Part shown: positions 25,880-37,818 of the stretch, piece by piece | How the letters are laid out: each line of letters begins with the position of its first letter | How positions within the stretch are numbered: the stretch's first letter is position 1 | NCBI RefSeq assembly: GCF_018977255.1 | Contig: NW_024704743.1 | Location: 100,380,001 to 100,444,000, forward strand | DNA: 64,000 nucleotides | Direction: 5' to 3' | Source of the DNA: Callorhinchus milii | Taxonomy: Eukaryota | Made by a program: the position numbers and the translations under genes | Notes under the pieces: generated by a model | What the model was told of the DNA's origin: nothing | Database searches by the model: none | What the model saw: the letters and a program-made list of their open reading frames with translations, nothing else

Positions 25880-28208
25880 ATAGATTTGATCAGGTTGGGA
25901 TTGTAAATGCTGTTGTGCTACACTGCACACACGTAATTCATAACAACTACTGTTGATGACTGCAGCACTTTGAGACATCCTCCCTACATAAAAGGCACTC
26001 GATGAATGTAAATTGTATATTTATTCTATTGTTGATACCAATGGTTTAAGGAGTGTTGTTAAATCATTTTTATTTATCATTTTAAGTTAACTAACAGTTA
26101 AAAATCATGGCAAATAAGAAAAAAAACAAAATGGAAGAGGAAGGACAAAGGTAGACATCAGTCAAATCTACCTTGAAAGAGGAAAATGTACATAATTGTT
26201 CACTGTATTCATTGAGATTATGGAACACAAGATCAAAAGATTGGTTCAGATGAAACCAGCCCGTTGGCCTATCTAATCTCATCCTTCCAAAACACCCATC
26301 CCTCCATCCGCCCATCACAGCATCAAGATGTTTTTACAAAGAGTCCAGTGTCCTAAATTCAACCACCTTTACCAACAACCTGTTCCAGCCATTAATTACC
26401 CTCTTGTTAAAGAACGTACTGAAGTTGCCCTTTGCAACTCCAAAGCTACATTCACTGAACCAATCTGCACGAGACCACCAGGTAACAGACATAACAATAC
26501 TTTGTAACTTACTTTATTTCATAAAATATTTACTCACAATATCTTAATTCACTTTACAGTATATTCTGTGAAGCGCTTTGAGACGTCTAGAAGATGAGAA
26601 AAGGGCTATATCAAATGCAAGGATTATTATTATTAGATTTATAACAGTACAATGTAAAATAAGGTACTGTAGCACTGTTGCACTAATAGTCCTAGTGTGA
26701 CAATCCATTACAGTACTGGGGGAGTGCTGCATTTCTGAGGTGCCGCCCTTTAGATGAGATGTAATCCTGTCTTCCTTGAATCAAGTGGACCTTACTGCGA
26801 CAATATTAAGGAAGAAAAGGAGGTTTGTTCTGATGTGCTGGCCACCTATCCTTCAGATTATTAACCATTCATCTCAAGACTGCATATGACACTTCCTTGG
26901 CATGAAATACTTTTGTGTTTGCCAACAACAGTTGTCACTACACTTGACAGTAATTACCTTGGAAGTGCTCAGAGATTTTTCGATGTGATAAGACGCTAAT
27001 AAAAATACAAGTTTTTTTTATTCCAGCAATCAAGGTCTAGTGAAGATCGTTTTCTGTACTCCCTCCCATCAATTTTTAAAAAATTAAAACCAAACAAAAA
27101 TTGTATAATAATGGTAGCAATAACTATATAACTTTAATATAAAGAACTGGATAGACAGCTGAAAAATTCTTCCTTACATTGGTGACGTAAAAACCTTTAC
27201 AGCCAATTTCGGATCATTTTTAACATTTGGAATCTTTAAAGAACTGTAAAAAATAGTACCTTCTATCCTACATTTTCTAACTATGTTTCAAACAAAATGT
27301 GAACTCACAGTTTAGACTGACAATAGTCCTGTATTTTGTAGATGAACTTTTTGTAGGTATTTTGTAGGTCCTAAGGCAGTGCCGTGGGGAACGGCAGTGG
27401 GGAACGCTGCATTGTGAGAAGTGTTTCTTAGAGGGTTTATGTCAGCCTATTCAGGTGGATGTTAAAGATCTCTTGGTACTAATCAAAAAGAAGAATTCCT
27501 CTGAGTGTCCTGGCCACAGCCCCTGAAATAAAATTGGTCATTTGTTTCTTAGTTGGTTTGTGGAATGTTGCTGTGTGCAAATTAGCTGCCCCGTTTGTCT
27601 ACAAAATACACAGTAACTGCAGTTTTCACTAAATCCTGTGAAGTACCTTGGGACATCATTCTGACGTGATAGGCACTGTATTATATATAATTACTATTTT
27701 TATAGTTTCACAATGTGTATTCAGAAAATTCTTTTGTATTTGATACTTCAAATAAAGACTGCGATAAAACAGGGATGAATTTAATGACATTTAGCAGATT
27801 ATATATAATAATAGTTACAGTGTGTAATCTGTTTTTGGAACACTCCAGTATTAATAACTTTCACTTTTGAACACATTTCTAAAAGGTGGTTCCAAGATTT
27901 GTTTGGTTTCAAACCAACACTGGCTCTGCTATCCCATTCTGGGTGTCTCTCATGCTGCGTTTATACTTTATGTCTGGAGGCAATTCACTGCTGAATGAAC
28001 AACAGAAATTGGAATTGCACTGGCACAAACATCCCGAGAATTCTTCTCTTGAAGAGAATAGTTTGAATTTGATTCACACCTACTGCAGTATAAAAGTGAT
28101 GGGTGCAAATTACACTGGGCACCCATGGTAATGTGGTAGTAATAATAATAATAATAATAATCCTTGCAATTGATGTAGCGCTTTTCACGTCTTCTGGATG
28201 TCTCACAT

Positions 28209-28530
28209 TGTGGAGTCCTGTAGCTCAGTGGTTAGAGCACTCGCTTTGCAAGCGAGAGACCTGAGTTCAATTCCAGGCAGGGCGAAACCTTGGGCAAGTT
28301 TCCTTACTCCACACGCCTAATAATAATCCCTCCAAAACCAAAAACAATAATAAATTGGTCATTTTCAATCTACAACTGTTTGTGGGACATTGCTGTGCGC
28401 AATTGGCTGCCGCGTTCACCCACAAATATACAGTCAATTCACTTTACAATGTGTTCTGTGAAGCGCTTTGGGACGTCCTCCCGACGTGAAAAGCGCTATA
28501 TCAAATGCAAGGATTATTATTATTATTATT
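28209..28530 (+). mobile_element. Full-length young tRNA(Ala)-derived Deu-type SINE with L2 tail
   Basis: A box TAGCTCAGTGG, anticodon arm CTCGC-TTTGCAA-GCGAG, B box GTTCAATTCC, Deu-like TGTTTGTGGGACATTGCTGTGCGCAATTGGCTGCCGCGTT, stem-loop, (ATT)n. Confidence 0.95.
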
Positions 28531-29057
28531 AATAATACTTGCATTTGATTTAGTGTCTTATCACATTGTTGATATGTCTCAAAGCACTTCACAGAATATA
28601 CTGTAAAGTGAATTGACTGCATATTTTGCGGGCGAAACACGGCAGCCAAGTGTGCACAGCAGTATCCCACAAACAGTCATGCATTGTCTATTCTAAAGGA
28701 TAGAGGGATTAAGAGATATGGGGATAAGGCGGGCAGATGGAGTTAGGTTACAAGCTAAGCCATGATCGTATTGAATGGCGGGGCAGGCTCGAGGGGCTGA
28801 ATGGCCTACTCCTGCTCCTAATTCCTATGTTCCTATTGAATGACCAATTTATTATTTTTTACCCCCAGAAAAGTGATCTAACAACTGGGTTCCTACTAAC
28901 TGCTAGGTAAACAGAGGCATGTGGAATAAGGAAACTTGTCCAATGTTTCACCCAGTTGGAAATCAAACCCAGGTCTCTTGCTTGCAAGGTGAGTGATATA
29001 ACCACTGAGCTACAGGACAATAAACTACAATACATTACACTCAGCTACAGGACTCCA
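28531..29057 (-). mobile_element. Older long-form SINE, interrupted by a CR1 tail
   Basis: Same head and tail as the young SINE plus an extra central segment (CCCCAGAAAAG...CTAGGTAAACAGAGGCA). Confidence 0.85.
28686..28834 (+). mobile_element. CR1 3' UTR fragment nested in a SINE
   Basis: GAATGGCGGGGCAGGCTCGAGGGGCTGAATGGCCTACTCCTGCTCCTAATTCCTATGTTCCT; ATTG repeated at both junctions. Confidence 0.88.
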
Positions 29058-30304
29058 TTGTATGTTCTTAGGCAGTTCAGCGAACCATTCAGCAAGAATC
29101 TGTTGCTTTAACATTATCTCCTGCCTCCACAGACAACATTCCCGTCTTGTTCACCGATCTTGACAGCACAAAAACAATTGTGACCCATTTCGTACTTCTT
29201 CATCTCAGGCCTGAATCTGCTCCTACATAGAATCTGGTTCTATCAACTGATATCCCGTCAAGAAGAATGCAGACGTTCAAATATCTTGAACATGTCAATA
29301 AAGTGGAGCCCTGATATAACATTTTGTTTGGATTCTGTAAAATTCCAAACCACATTACAACAACAGCAGGTTTCATTGAGCCTACACAGACCTGACCTTT
29401 TGGCTGTTTGGCAGCTGGTTTCACTGTGAAAAGTTAAAAATGTCAGTCTTCCAGGTCACCACCAACATTGCTTCCTGTTTGCTGCTCTCACACAAAGCCA
29501 AAGCAGTGTACCCCTAATAAAATCATAACATTATTGTGTATTGCCAAAGAGTCTATTCAATAATCAACTGAATTCAGGTATGAACATACCCCTCTCCTTC
29601 CCCACCGACCGACAATACAACAGAATACAAAATTACATTAGTCTAGCAGCTTTCATGTCGGGAGGACGTCCCAAGGCGCTGTGTGTCTAGGATGACCTAA
29701 ACACAATGGTTTTGTCCAAAGCCTCTTTACAAAAATGTTCTTGAATTTCAACATTCAAAAATACATTTTAATTGATCCCAGAGGCAGTGCTGCCTCAATG
29801 ATATACTGGTTGAGTTAAACAAGTATTCTAGCTTAACTGCACAAATAGGGCATTTTCTGGGTCTGTCAATTCAGTGTTGGGGATATGTTGCATTGTTGTA
29901 GGTGCCGTTTGTGCTGTCTTCCTAATGCGAAAGGGGCTACATATCAAATGAAAGGATTATTATTATTATTACTATTATTTATTGGGAGAATGGAAACCTT
30001 CAGACCCAGCTATTGTGTCAAAGGCAGAGGTGTATTCTACTTGGAAACCAGTCAATAATGATTAAATGAAATGCCACTGTTTCTCAACAGATTCGATGCA
30101 ATAACTAATTTTTGAATCATTCTATTTTCCACACACTTCTGTGAGCATTTTTTNCTAAATGATCAAATTATAGTTTCTTTTTGCATCTCGTTTGCATCCA
30201 TTGAATCTTATTATTAATAATACAAAAAAAGTATAACAATAATACTTTTTTTTAACCATTTTTCACGTCAGGAGGCCATTCCAAAGTGCTTCACCAAGAT
30301 ATTT

Positions 30305-30615
30305 ATAATAATAATAATCCTTGCATTTGATACAGCGCTTTTCACGCCTTCTAGAGATCTCAAAGCGCTTCACAGAATATGCTGTAAAGTGAACTGACTG
30401 TATATTTGTAAAGTGAAATGACCGTAACTTGGGGGCGAAAGCAGCAGCCAATTTGTGCACAGCAATGTCACACAAACAGCCATGAAGTGAATAACCAATT
30501 TTATTTTTGAGGGATTATTGGCCAGGACGCCAGAAGAAACTCCCTTCTCTTTTTGAATAGTGCCATGGGATTTTTAACGACCACTTGAACAGGCAATCAG
30601 AACCTCGATTTAGCA
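30305..30615 (-). mobile_element. Deu SINE, 5'-truncated
   Basis: Tail plus Deu-like core TTGAATAGTGCCATGGGATTTTTAACGACCAC. Confidence 0.85.
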
Positions 30616-30709
30616 TTGAAACAATGATTCCCTTTTCTTCTCTTTACCATTTACTTTTCTGTTTCTGACTCTTGCACATCTTGCGGTACTTCTGATATAT
30701 GGAAGTACA

Positions 30710-31027
30710 TGGAGTCCTGTAGCTCAGTGGTTAGAGCACTCGCTTTGCAAGTGAGAGACTTGAGTTCAATTCCAGGCAGGGCGAAACCTTGGGCAAGTTT
30801 CCTTACTCCACACGCCTAATAATAATCCCTCCAAAACCAAAAACAATAATAAATTGGTCATTTTCAATCTAAGACTGTTTGTGGGACATTGCTGTGCACA
30901 ATTGGCTGCCGCGTTCGCCCACAAATATACAGTCAATTCACTTTACAGTGTGTTCTGTGAAGCGCTTTGGGACTTCCTCCTGATGTGAAAAGCGCTCTAT
31001 CAAATGCAAGGATTATTATTATTATTA
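30710..31027 (+). mobile_element. Full-length young SINE
   Basis: Near-identical to 28209-28530. Confidence 0.95.
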
Positions 31028-33284
31028 TATGAGCCCATTCCCAATGCTCTTCTCTGTTATTTCCAAGGCATTAACAGATGTTGGTGTAAACACTGCTGTG
31101 CTTCATAATTACATTTTGCAGAATTAAATGCCTTTTCTTCTGCATACACATGTTAAATTATTACCACAATATGTCCCTGTTTGTTTCTTGAAAACAATCT
31201 CTTTGAAATACAGTGCCACATTTTCCATTTTATCATTGGGAGCATATTTTATACTAGTGATCCTGAGAATATCTCTGTTCTTCCTAATTCTTTAGTTTGT
31301 GTTCCCAAAGAGGATAACCTTATAATATCTGACTTGCTGGGTTGCAGTGGGCTCTTATTTTGCATCACTGATTTTGCCAATTGATTGTAAAGTATCCTCG
31401 AGAGAGAGAGCAACTCAAACCACTTTTGAGTTTATTTTGAGACCCCATCAACTCCCATTGCAGCTGGTTACTAAAGTCCTATGCTCCTGAAGACTAAGCT
31501 CCAGCAAAAATCAACAGGAAACACAATTATATAGCACAATATAGATATGAACAGCTTCCAACCAGTCTCTGGCATTAACAATTTGCTATATGTGAGACAA
31601 AAACTTTAAGAAACAAGTTTACTGATTTGCTCTTTATCATCTCCTTTTACACAGCACTCTTCTTCATTCACTTTGAGCTCACAGTGTAAGCTGCTGTTCC
31701 AATGCAGTATTGCAGATGAACTGTATTATCGGAGGAGTGGTCCTTTGGAGGCTAAAAAAATCAATGCCACTATTTGAAAAGAGAAGGGATTTTCACCCAA
31801 TGTCCTGGCCAACAATACCTCATATAAAAAAATTGGTCATCACTTCATAGGTTTTGGTGCGCAAACTTACTCCTGTGTTCACTTAGAAGAAGGAAAAAAA
31901 GCCTGCAAACCATCATTGTACTGATTGTAGAAGGATTTGTAGTATTAGAGAAAAAATGCTATTTGAAGCTCAGGAATGGCTGCAGTGAAAAGGTAAACAA
32001 GAAATAGTGATGAAATGCAAATCACTACAACTGATGTTAAATTAATTTATTTAAACATTAAATCCTGTGAAGATGGATGTTAATGATCCCATGGCACTGT
32101 TCTAAAAAAGAGAGAAAGGAACTTTTCCCAGTGTCCAGGTCAACAACCACCTGGATAAAGTCAATCATTCACTTCATGCCTGTTTGTGAGACATTACTGT
32201 CTGGAAATGGATTTTCATCTACAAAATTCTGCCACTACATATCACACTAAATCCTGTGAAGTATTTGGAGATGTCCTGCTGATCTGAAAGCTTTTATATT
32301 AAAGCCAAGAATTATTATTATTATAAGACAAAAAGCTGCCCTTTTTAGAATACTGTTCATTGCCAATGATTCCATATGGATTCCAGTGACAAGCCTTTCT
32401 GTTGAAGTATTTTGAAATATTGCGAGATTTATTCATCTCTACATCGTGAATTATTCCACACAGCTGTTTCTTCAACATATTCACTGATCCAACAATATTT
32501 GTTTCAACTAGGTATTAAAATATGATGCAAATAGGCCGCTCGCTTCCTGCAAACGTACACAAATAAACAGGTGGTTGAGATAATCTAAATGATTTGGTTA
32601 GTCATAATCTTCTGCCCCATTACCTGATGAATGAGCCCTTTGATCTTTGGGCTGGGATCTCTATACAGTAATCCAGGGAAACAGCTTCCAATTGGAATAT
32701 TAAATGATCTAAATAGCATCAATTCAAAGAATTATTGCTCTTTTGGGTTCACAGATTTCCGATCGCATTTTTTAAGGTAGAAAAACAAATTACAAAGTAA
32801 ATGGGATAAACAAGGAAAACAATTCCAAAGAATTTGGCAAACAAAAATGGGCAGAAAGCAAAGTTTGGAACATTTTGGAATTGTCATGAAAAAAAAGATG
32901 AAATCTGGGAAAAAACACATTTTAATTTTTGAAATCATACAGCTTTTGCTGAAATAACTGTGATTTCCAAATTGCTGTAAAATGTTAAAATAAATTCTTC
33001 TTCAGGTTAATAAATATAATGTGGTAGAGCTCTGTAATAATGTGGTGGTTGTGGTCCATAATATCCCAACAACAACAACAAATTGCATTTATATAACACC
33101 TCTCACGTCGGGAGGATGTGAAAGTTACTTTACACCTTATAACCAGGTAGCCATCAGTCAGTGTTTCCATGTGCATTGCACGTGTCTCTGGCAGTCTGAT
33201 GACGTGGAAGTCAGACAGTTTTTAATGTATGAGACAACCAGCTTTTAGAAATTTTCGTGAATGAATTTTCCACCGGCCACAAGA

Positions 33285-33668
33285 TACAAAGCTCTGTCAC
33301 CCATTTCCTCACCCGTACCAAACTTCACACACTCCTCATCCCCATTCTAGCCAGGATGTCAGACCCTGTCTCCCAACGGATCCAATTCAAGGTCCTCATT
33401 CTTACATATAAATCCTTCCATGGCTTAGCATCTCCCTGTCCCATTGGTCTGCTCGTATTCCACTCCTCTGTCCGCCTCCTCCACTTAGCTAACACAGGTT
33501 TGCTATGTGTCCCCTCCCCCTCTGTGCCACCGTCAATGGCTGAGCTTCCTGTTACTATGGTCTGTCTCTGGAATGCCCTGCCTCTATCTCTTTCCCTATC
33601 TGCCTTGGGATGTCCTCCCGACGTGAAAGGCACTGTACAAATGTAATCTTGTGTTGTTGCTGTTGTTA
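33285..33668 (+). mobile_element. Degraded L2 3' fragment
   Basis: PVSQRIQFKVLILTYKSFHGLA...LWNALP; stem-loop and (GTT)n tail. Confidence 0.85.
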
Positions 33669-33682
33669 AATCCCACCTTAAA

Positions 33683-34143
33683 ATTGCTGTGCGTAATTGG
33701 CTGCCGTGTTTCGCCCACAAAATATACAGTCAATTCACTTGACAATATATCCTGTGGAGTCCTGTAGCTTCGTGGTTAGAGCACTCACTTTGCAAGTGAG
33801 AGACCTGAGTTCAATTCCAGGCAGGGCGAAACCTTGGGCAAGTTTCCTTACTCCACACTCCTAATAATAATCCCTCCAAAAACCCAAAACAATAATACAT
33901 TGGTCATTTTCAATCTACGACTGTTTGTGGGACATTGCTGTGTGCAATTGGCTGCCGCGTTCGCCCACAAATATACAGTCAATTCACTTTACAATGTGTT
34001 CTGTGAAGCGCTTTGGGACGTCCTCCTGACGTGAAAAGCGCTATATCAAATGCAAGGATTATTATTATTATTATCCTGTGAAGCACTTTGAGACATCTCA
34101 ACAATGTGATAAGGCGCTATATCAAATGCAAGGAATATTATTA
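33683..34143 (+). mobile_element. Older SINE 3' half hosting a young SINE
   Basis: 33683-33756 and 34081-34143 join into a contiguous SINE 3' half once the insert is removed. Confidence 0.85.
33753..34074 (+). mobile_element. Full-length young SINE nested in a SINE
   Basis: Near-identical to the 28209 copy; 9-bp TSD TATCCTGTG at 33748-33756 and 34072-34080. Confidence 0.95.
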
Positions 34144-35859
34144 AAACCTACTTCGTTAACTGTGCCTATAGTCTCAACCCTTCTCCCTCCCCCTTCTCTC
34201 TTGCTCAGCATCCAACCCCAGCACTGTAAAGAGCTCCAAGACATAATCCTACATGAAGAACGCTATATAAATACAAAGTTGTTGTTGTTAAATATCAGGG
34301 TTCCTACTCCTAGAAATAAACACATGTTATAATGGGGGTTCTTCTATACACAACTGATTGGAATCTGCATGCTGTGTAAAGCTCTGAGACATGGCTTTAA
34401 AATGAATTGAGCTATTCCTCAATGTGGAGGGAGACAACCGCTGGAATATATTTTTACAGAGACTGCCAGAGGGCCCACTGCTGGAAATGTGTTATTGAAC
34501 AGGCAGTGAGGCCAGAATGTGAAATCTTTGGACTCCAGTTGCTCTAGTTTTAAGAAAGATGCATTCACAATCAGAAGTAATGTTCAAACCACTGTAAGCT
34601 AATTTTCCTGGCAGCCTCAGTCAGCTGGAGGCCATGCTCAATTCAATAAATAGGTTGTTTCTCTTCTCACTGAGCTCACAATTCTAAACAGAATGAACAA
34701 TGCGGGCTTTTACTACCCTGTAATCATGTACAAAGAGGTTGTCTTTCCATCCAACCTTTCGGCATACTACGTGCAGTGCAGAGACACGCACAAACCACAG
34801 AGCATTTTTCCTCTCTCTTTCCTAAGAGAAGGGAGTTTCTCCCAATATTCTGGTTGACAATGCTCCACATAAAATTGGTCATTCACGTCATGAATGTTTG
34901 AGGGACATTGCCTTGTATAAATGGGCTGCCATGTTGCCTACAAAATACAGTCACTACACTTTAACATAAAATCCTGTGAAGAGCTTTACAACTTCTTCCT
35001 TATATGAAAGGTGCCATACTAAATGTAAGTATTATTATCATTTCCTCTCCATGTTGAAACTGAAGCACATTGAAAGGCAGGTAATATCCAATATTCTCTT
35101 ACCCAATTTTCACATGGATACAATCAGGTATTCTAACGTTTTTAAAATTCCTTAAAAATCTTTTGATGCCCTTTTTTAAAATATAAATCAAGGAGTGGAA
35201 GGGTGGAAGGAGGCGGTAACCATAGGATTACTCAAAGAGCTAGGTTTTAAAGTGGGATTTGAAGACAGATAGAGAGGGAGAAGCCAGACGGGAGAGCAAG
35301 GAAGTTCTAAAGTTAGGGGGTCACTGAAGGCTCAGCGATTGATGGTGATGCAGTTGCCCAAGCAGAGGGGTAAGCAGAGGAGTGGGTAGGAGAAGGAGAA
35401 GGGGGTTACTGGCACAAGAAGGTAAGTGGGGCAAGGAGCTTGAAATCAACTAGTTTCAATTAGAATTTGCCCAAAATTGGATGTCAAGACAGTGCTGAAA
35501 TCATAGAATTCCTTAGGAATATTTATCCCCCCACCCACCCCCCCCCCACACACACATCCTGCAGATGTGTTTTTGCTTTCATTACCTGCTGAAAAACTGA
35601 TATTCTAGTCCAGATAGTCACCCTGAGCAGACGATTCAGTTGCTAAGTAAATTATTCCAATTCACTAATAATGATAGTAATATTTCTTGCAATTGGTATA
35701 GTGCCTTCCACGGAAGGAGGACATCTCAAATTGCTCTACAGCCTTTACTGTGGATTGGAGTATGTTTGTAAGCAAACCCAGCCCAATTGAGTGCAACAAT
35801 GTGTCAATGTGCTTGAAGCACTCTGGGATGCTATCCCATGTGAAATGCAAGTTGTTGTC

Positions 35860-36260
35860 AAAATAGCCATGAAATGAATAACCAAATCATTTGGGGGGAA
35901 TTGATGGCCAGAATATCAGGACAAACTCCTCTTTTCACAAAGTGCCATGAATGTCCACCTAAACAGGCAATTGGGATCTTGGTTTAACGAAGATTGATTT
36001 TACTTTGTTAAATCTGGCAATATAAGAGATGTGTGTCCAAATTGATGTGTCAGTTTGGCTCAGTTGGTAGAACTCTCACACTTGAGTCAGAAGGATGTGG
36101 GTTTAAAATTCCACCTGTTCGGGCAAACTGGATCTTGGTTTAACATCTCATCAGAAGCATCTATGACAATGCAGCTGTCCTCCAACATTTCACTGGAGTG
36201 CCAACCTAGATTGTGAGCTCAAAGTCCTGATATGGGCTTGATCCCACAAGCCTCTGACTA
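35860..36260. mobile_element. Rearranged SacSINE1-like pieces (minus-strand body with a plus-strand head at about 36047-36106)
   Basis: TCCACCT...GGCAA...GGATCTTGGTTTAAC occurs on both sides of the plus-strand head TGTCAGTTTGGCTCAGTTGGTAG. Confidence 0.65.
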
Positions 36261-36744
36261 GTAATAAATTCTGCATTTGGTATAATGCCTACAATATTTT
36301 AAAATGCTTCACAGAGTTTCCGTGAAGTTTAGTTACTGTAAGGAAAGAAGCCAAAATTCAAAGCTATTCCCTGTTGTTTGTGAATCACCAATTCAGTTAC
36401 TTCATTACATTTTCTCATGTTTGCTTTTATTGTTTCTAAAGCTTGCTTACAAATATGGCCAAAGCAAGAGTCTCAGATGTGAAGATCCTGCAGTGTTTAA
36501 GGCATAAAATATATATGTAGGGAAAATAGTCTGACAAAAGCAACTAAGACTGTTGGTTAGCTAAGTATGAGTTTACATTCTGATGGAAGTATCTGTGGAT
36601 GAAACAATAGGTACACATTGCAATTACAGCTCTTTGATGTCTCTCCTGGTTTGCATTTGCACGCAGCCTCCTTACTACTTGTAAAGCCTCAGTGGATTGC
36701 AACCTGGTATTAAATTGTATTCTGTGCAAACATATATTTCTCAG

Positions 36745-36885
36745 AATCATAGAATCTTACAACACAGATGGAGGCCATTCGGCCCATCTTGCCTATGCGG
36801 GCTCTTTGAAAGAGCTCTCCAACTAGTCCCACTCCCCTGCTATTACCCCATAGTCCTGCAAATTTTTCCTTTTCAACTTCTCCAA
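36745..36885 (-). mobile_element. CR1-type 3' tail
   Basis: AATCATAGAATCTTACAACACAGATGGAGGCCATTCGGCCCATC...GCTCTTTGAAAGAGCT. Confidence 0.8.
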
Positions 36886-37818
36886 ACATGGAGATTGTTT
36901 TTACTTTGTCACACCTGGCAATATAAGAGCTAGCCTGATTCTGCCGCCATATGGACGTGTCAGTCTGGCTTAGTTGCTTGAGTCAGATGTTGTGGGTTTA
37001 AGCCCCACGTTGGGACTTTGAGCTCACAGTCTAAGTTCCCACACCGTTGCTGTACAGCGACTCTGCATTGCATGCCCATCACCCCAATCCTTGCCAGGTT
37101 TCACTGGTTCCTTTCTCAGAATGGAAAAACTTCAAAGTCCTCACCTTTCAATCCATAGTACCTCCCTACCTCTCTGATTTGTTCCTATCACACTCCTCCA
37201 CCGCCCTCTATGCTCAGTTAACACAGGCCTGCTGCATATCTCCTGCCCCTTCACACCACCATTGGTAGCTAAGTGGGAGGTACATGTACACCATAGTTCT
37301 TCACAAGGAGGATGCTAGAAGCGACTTCAGTCATTGAATTGACTCATCACCAGCCATGTCTAAACAATGTAAAGCAGCAATAAACCAAGCAAACAAGAGA
37401 TTTCTCGAGGCCTAAAATTAAGATTACTGTCTTAAAATTTAAGATAGTCCACAGGTTTAGTTAAATGTTAAATTGAGTTTAATTTAAAAGCTGGTTTCCC
37501 ATACTTATCAAATAAATTTTGGAATATGTAAGCATTGCTTAAGAATGGAACATTTTTTAAGGAACAGCAGGAAACAGACCCACCCATCATGGAGAGTGAT
37601 CACTTGGGTGGAGAGATGTTCACAGTTACTTTGTGGAACTGTATTTCTGTGTGAATTTGGCCTCTTTCAGAATGAATCACTGACTTTAGGAGACAAGCAA
37701 TGAGAAGAGAAAATCAGCAGCAACATTGAGGGGGTGGAAGGAAATAAAATAAGAGCTGATGACAGCTTTTGTGGAGCTGTGCAGTACGCATTACTGGCCC
37801 AACAGATCCAGGCAGCTG

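Noticed and set aside
28211..28285. tRNA-Ala(TGC) gene (also at about 30711, 33756, 59070 and 3935-4008)
   Set aside because: It continues directly into SINE body and tail, has TSDs in several copies and no Pol III terminator after the cloverleaf; it is a SINE head.
28290..28532. Recurrent short ORF family ending [10 protein letters not shown] or starting MGKFPYST
   Set aside because: These are translations of non-coding SINE sequence and (ATT)n tails, not a peptide gene family.
30154..30154. Single N base
   Set aside because: Assembly ambiguity next to a T run; no biological meaning.
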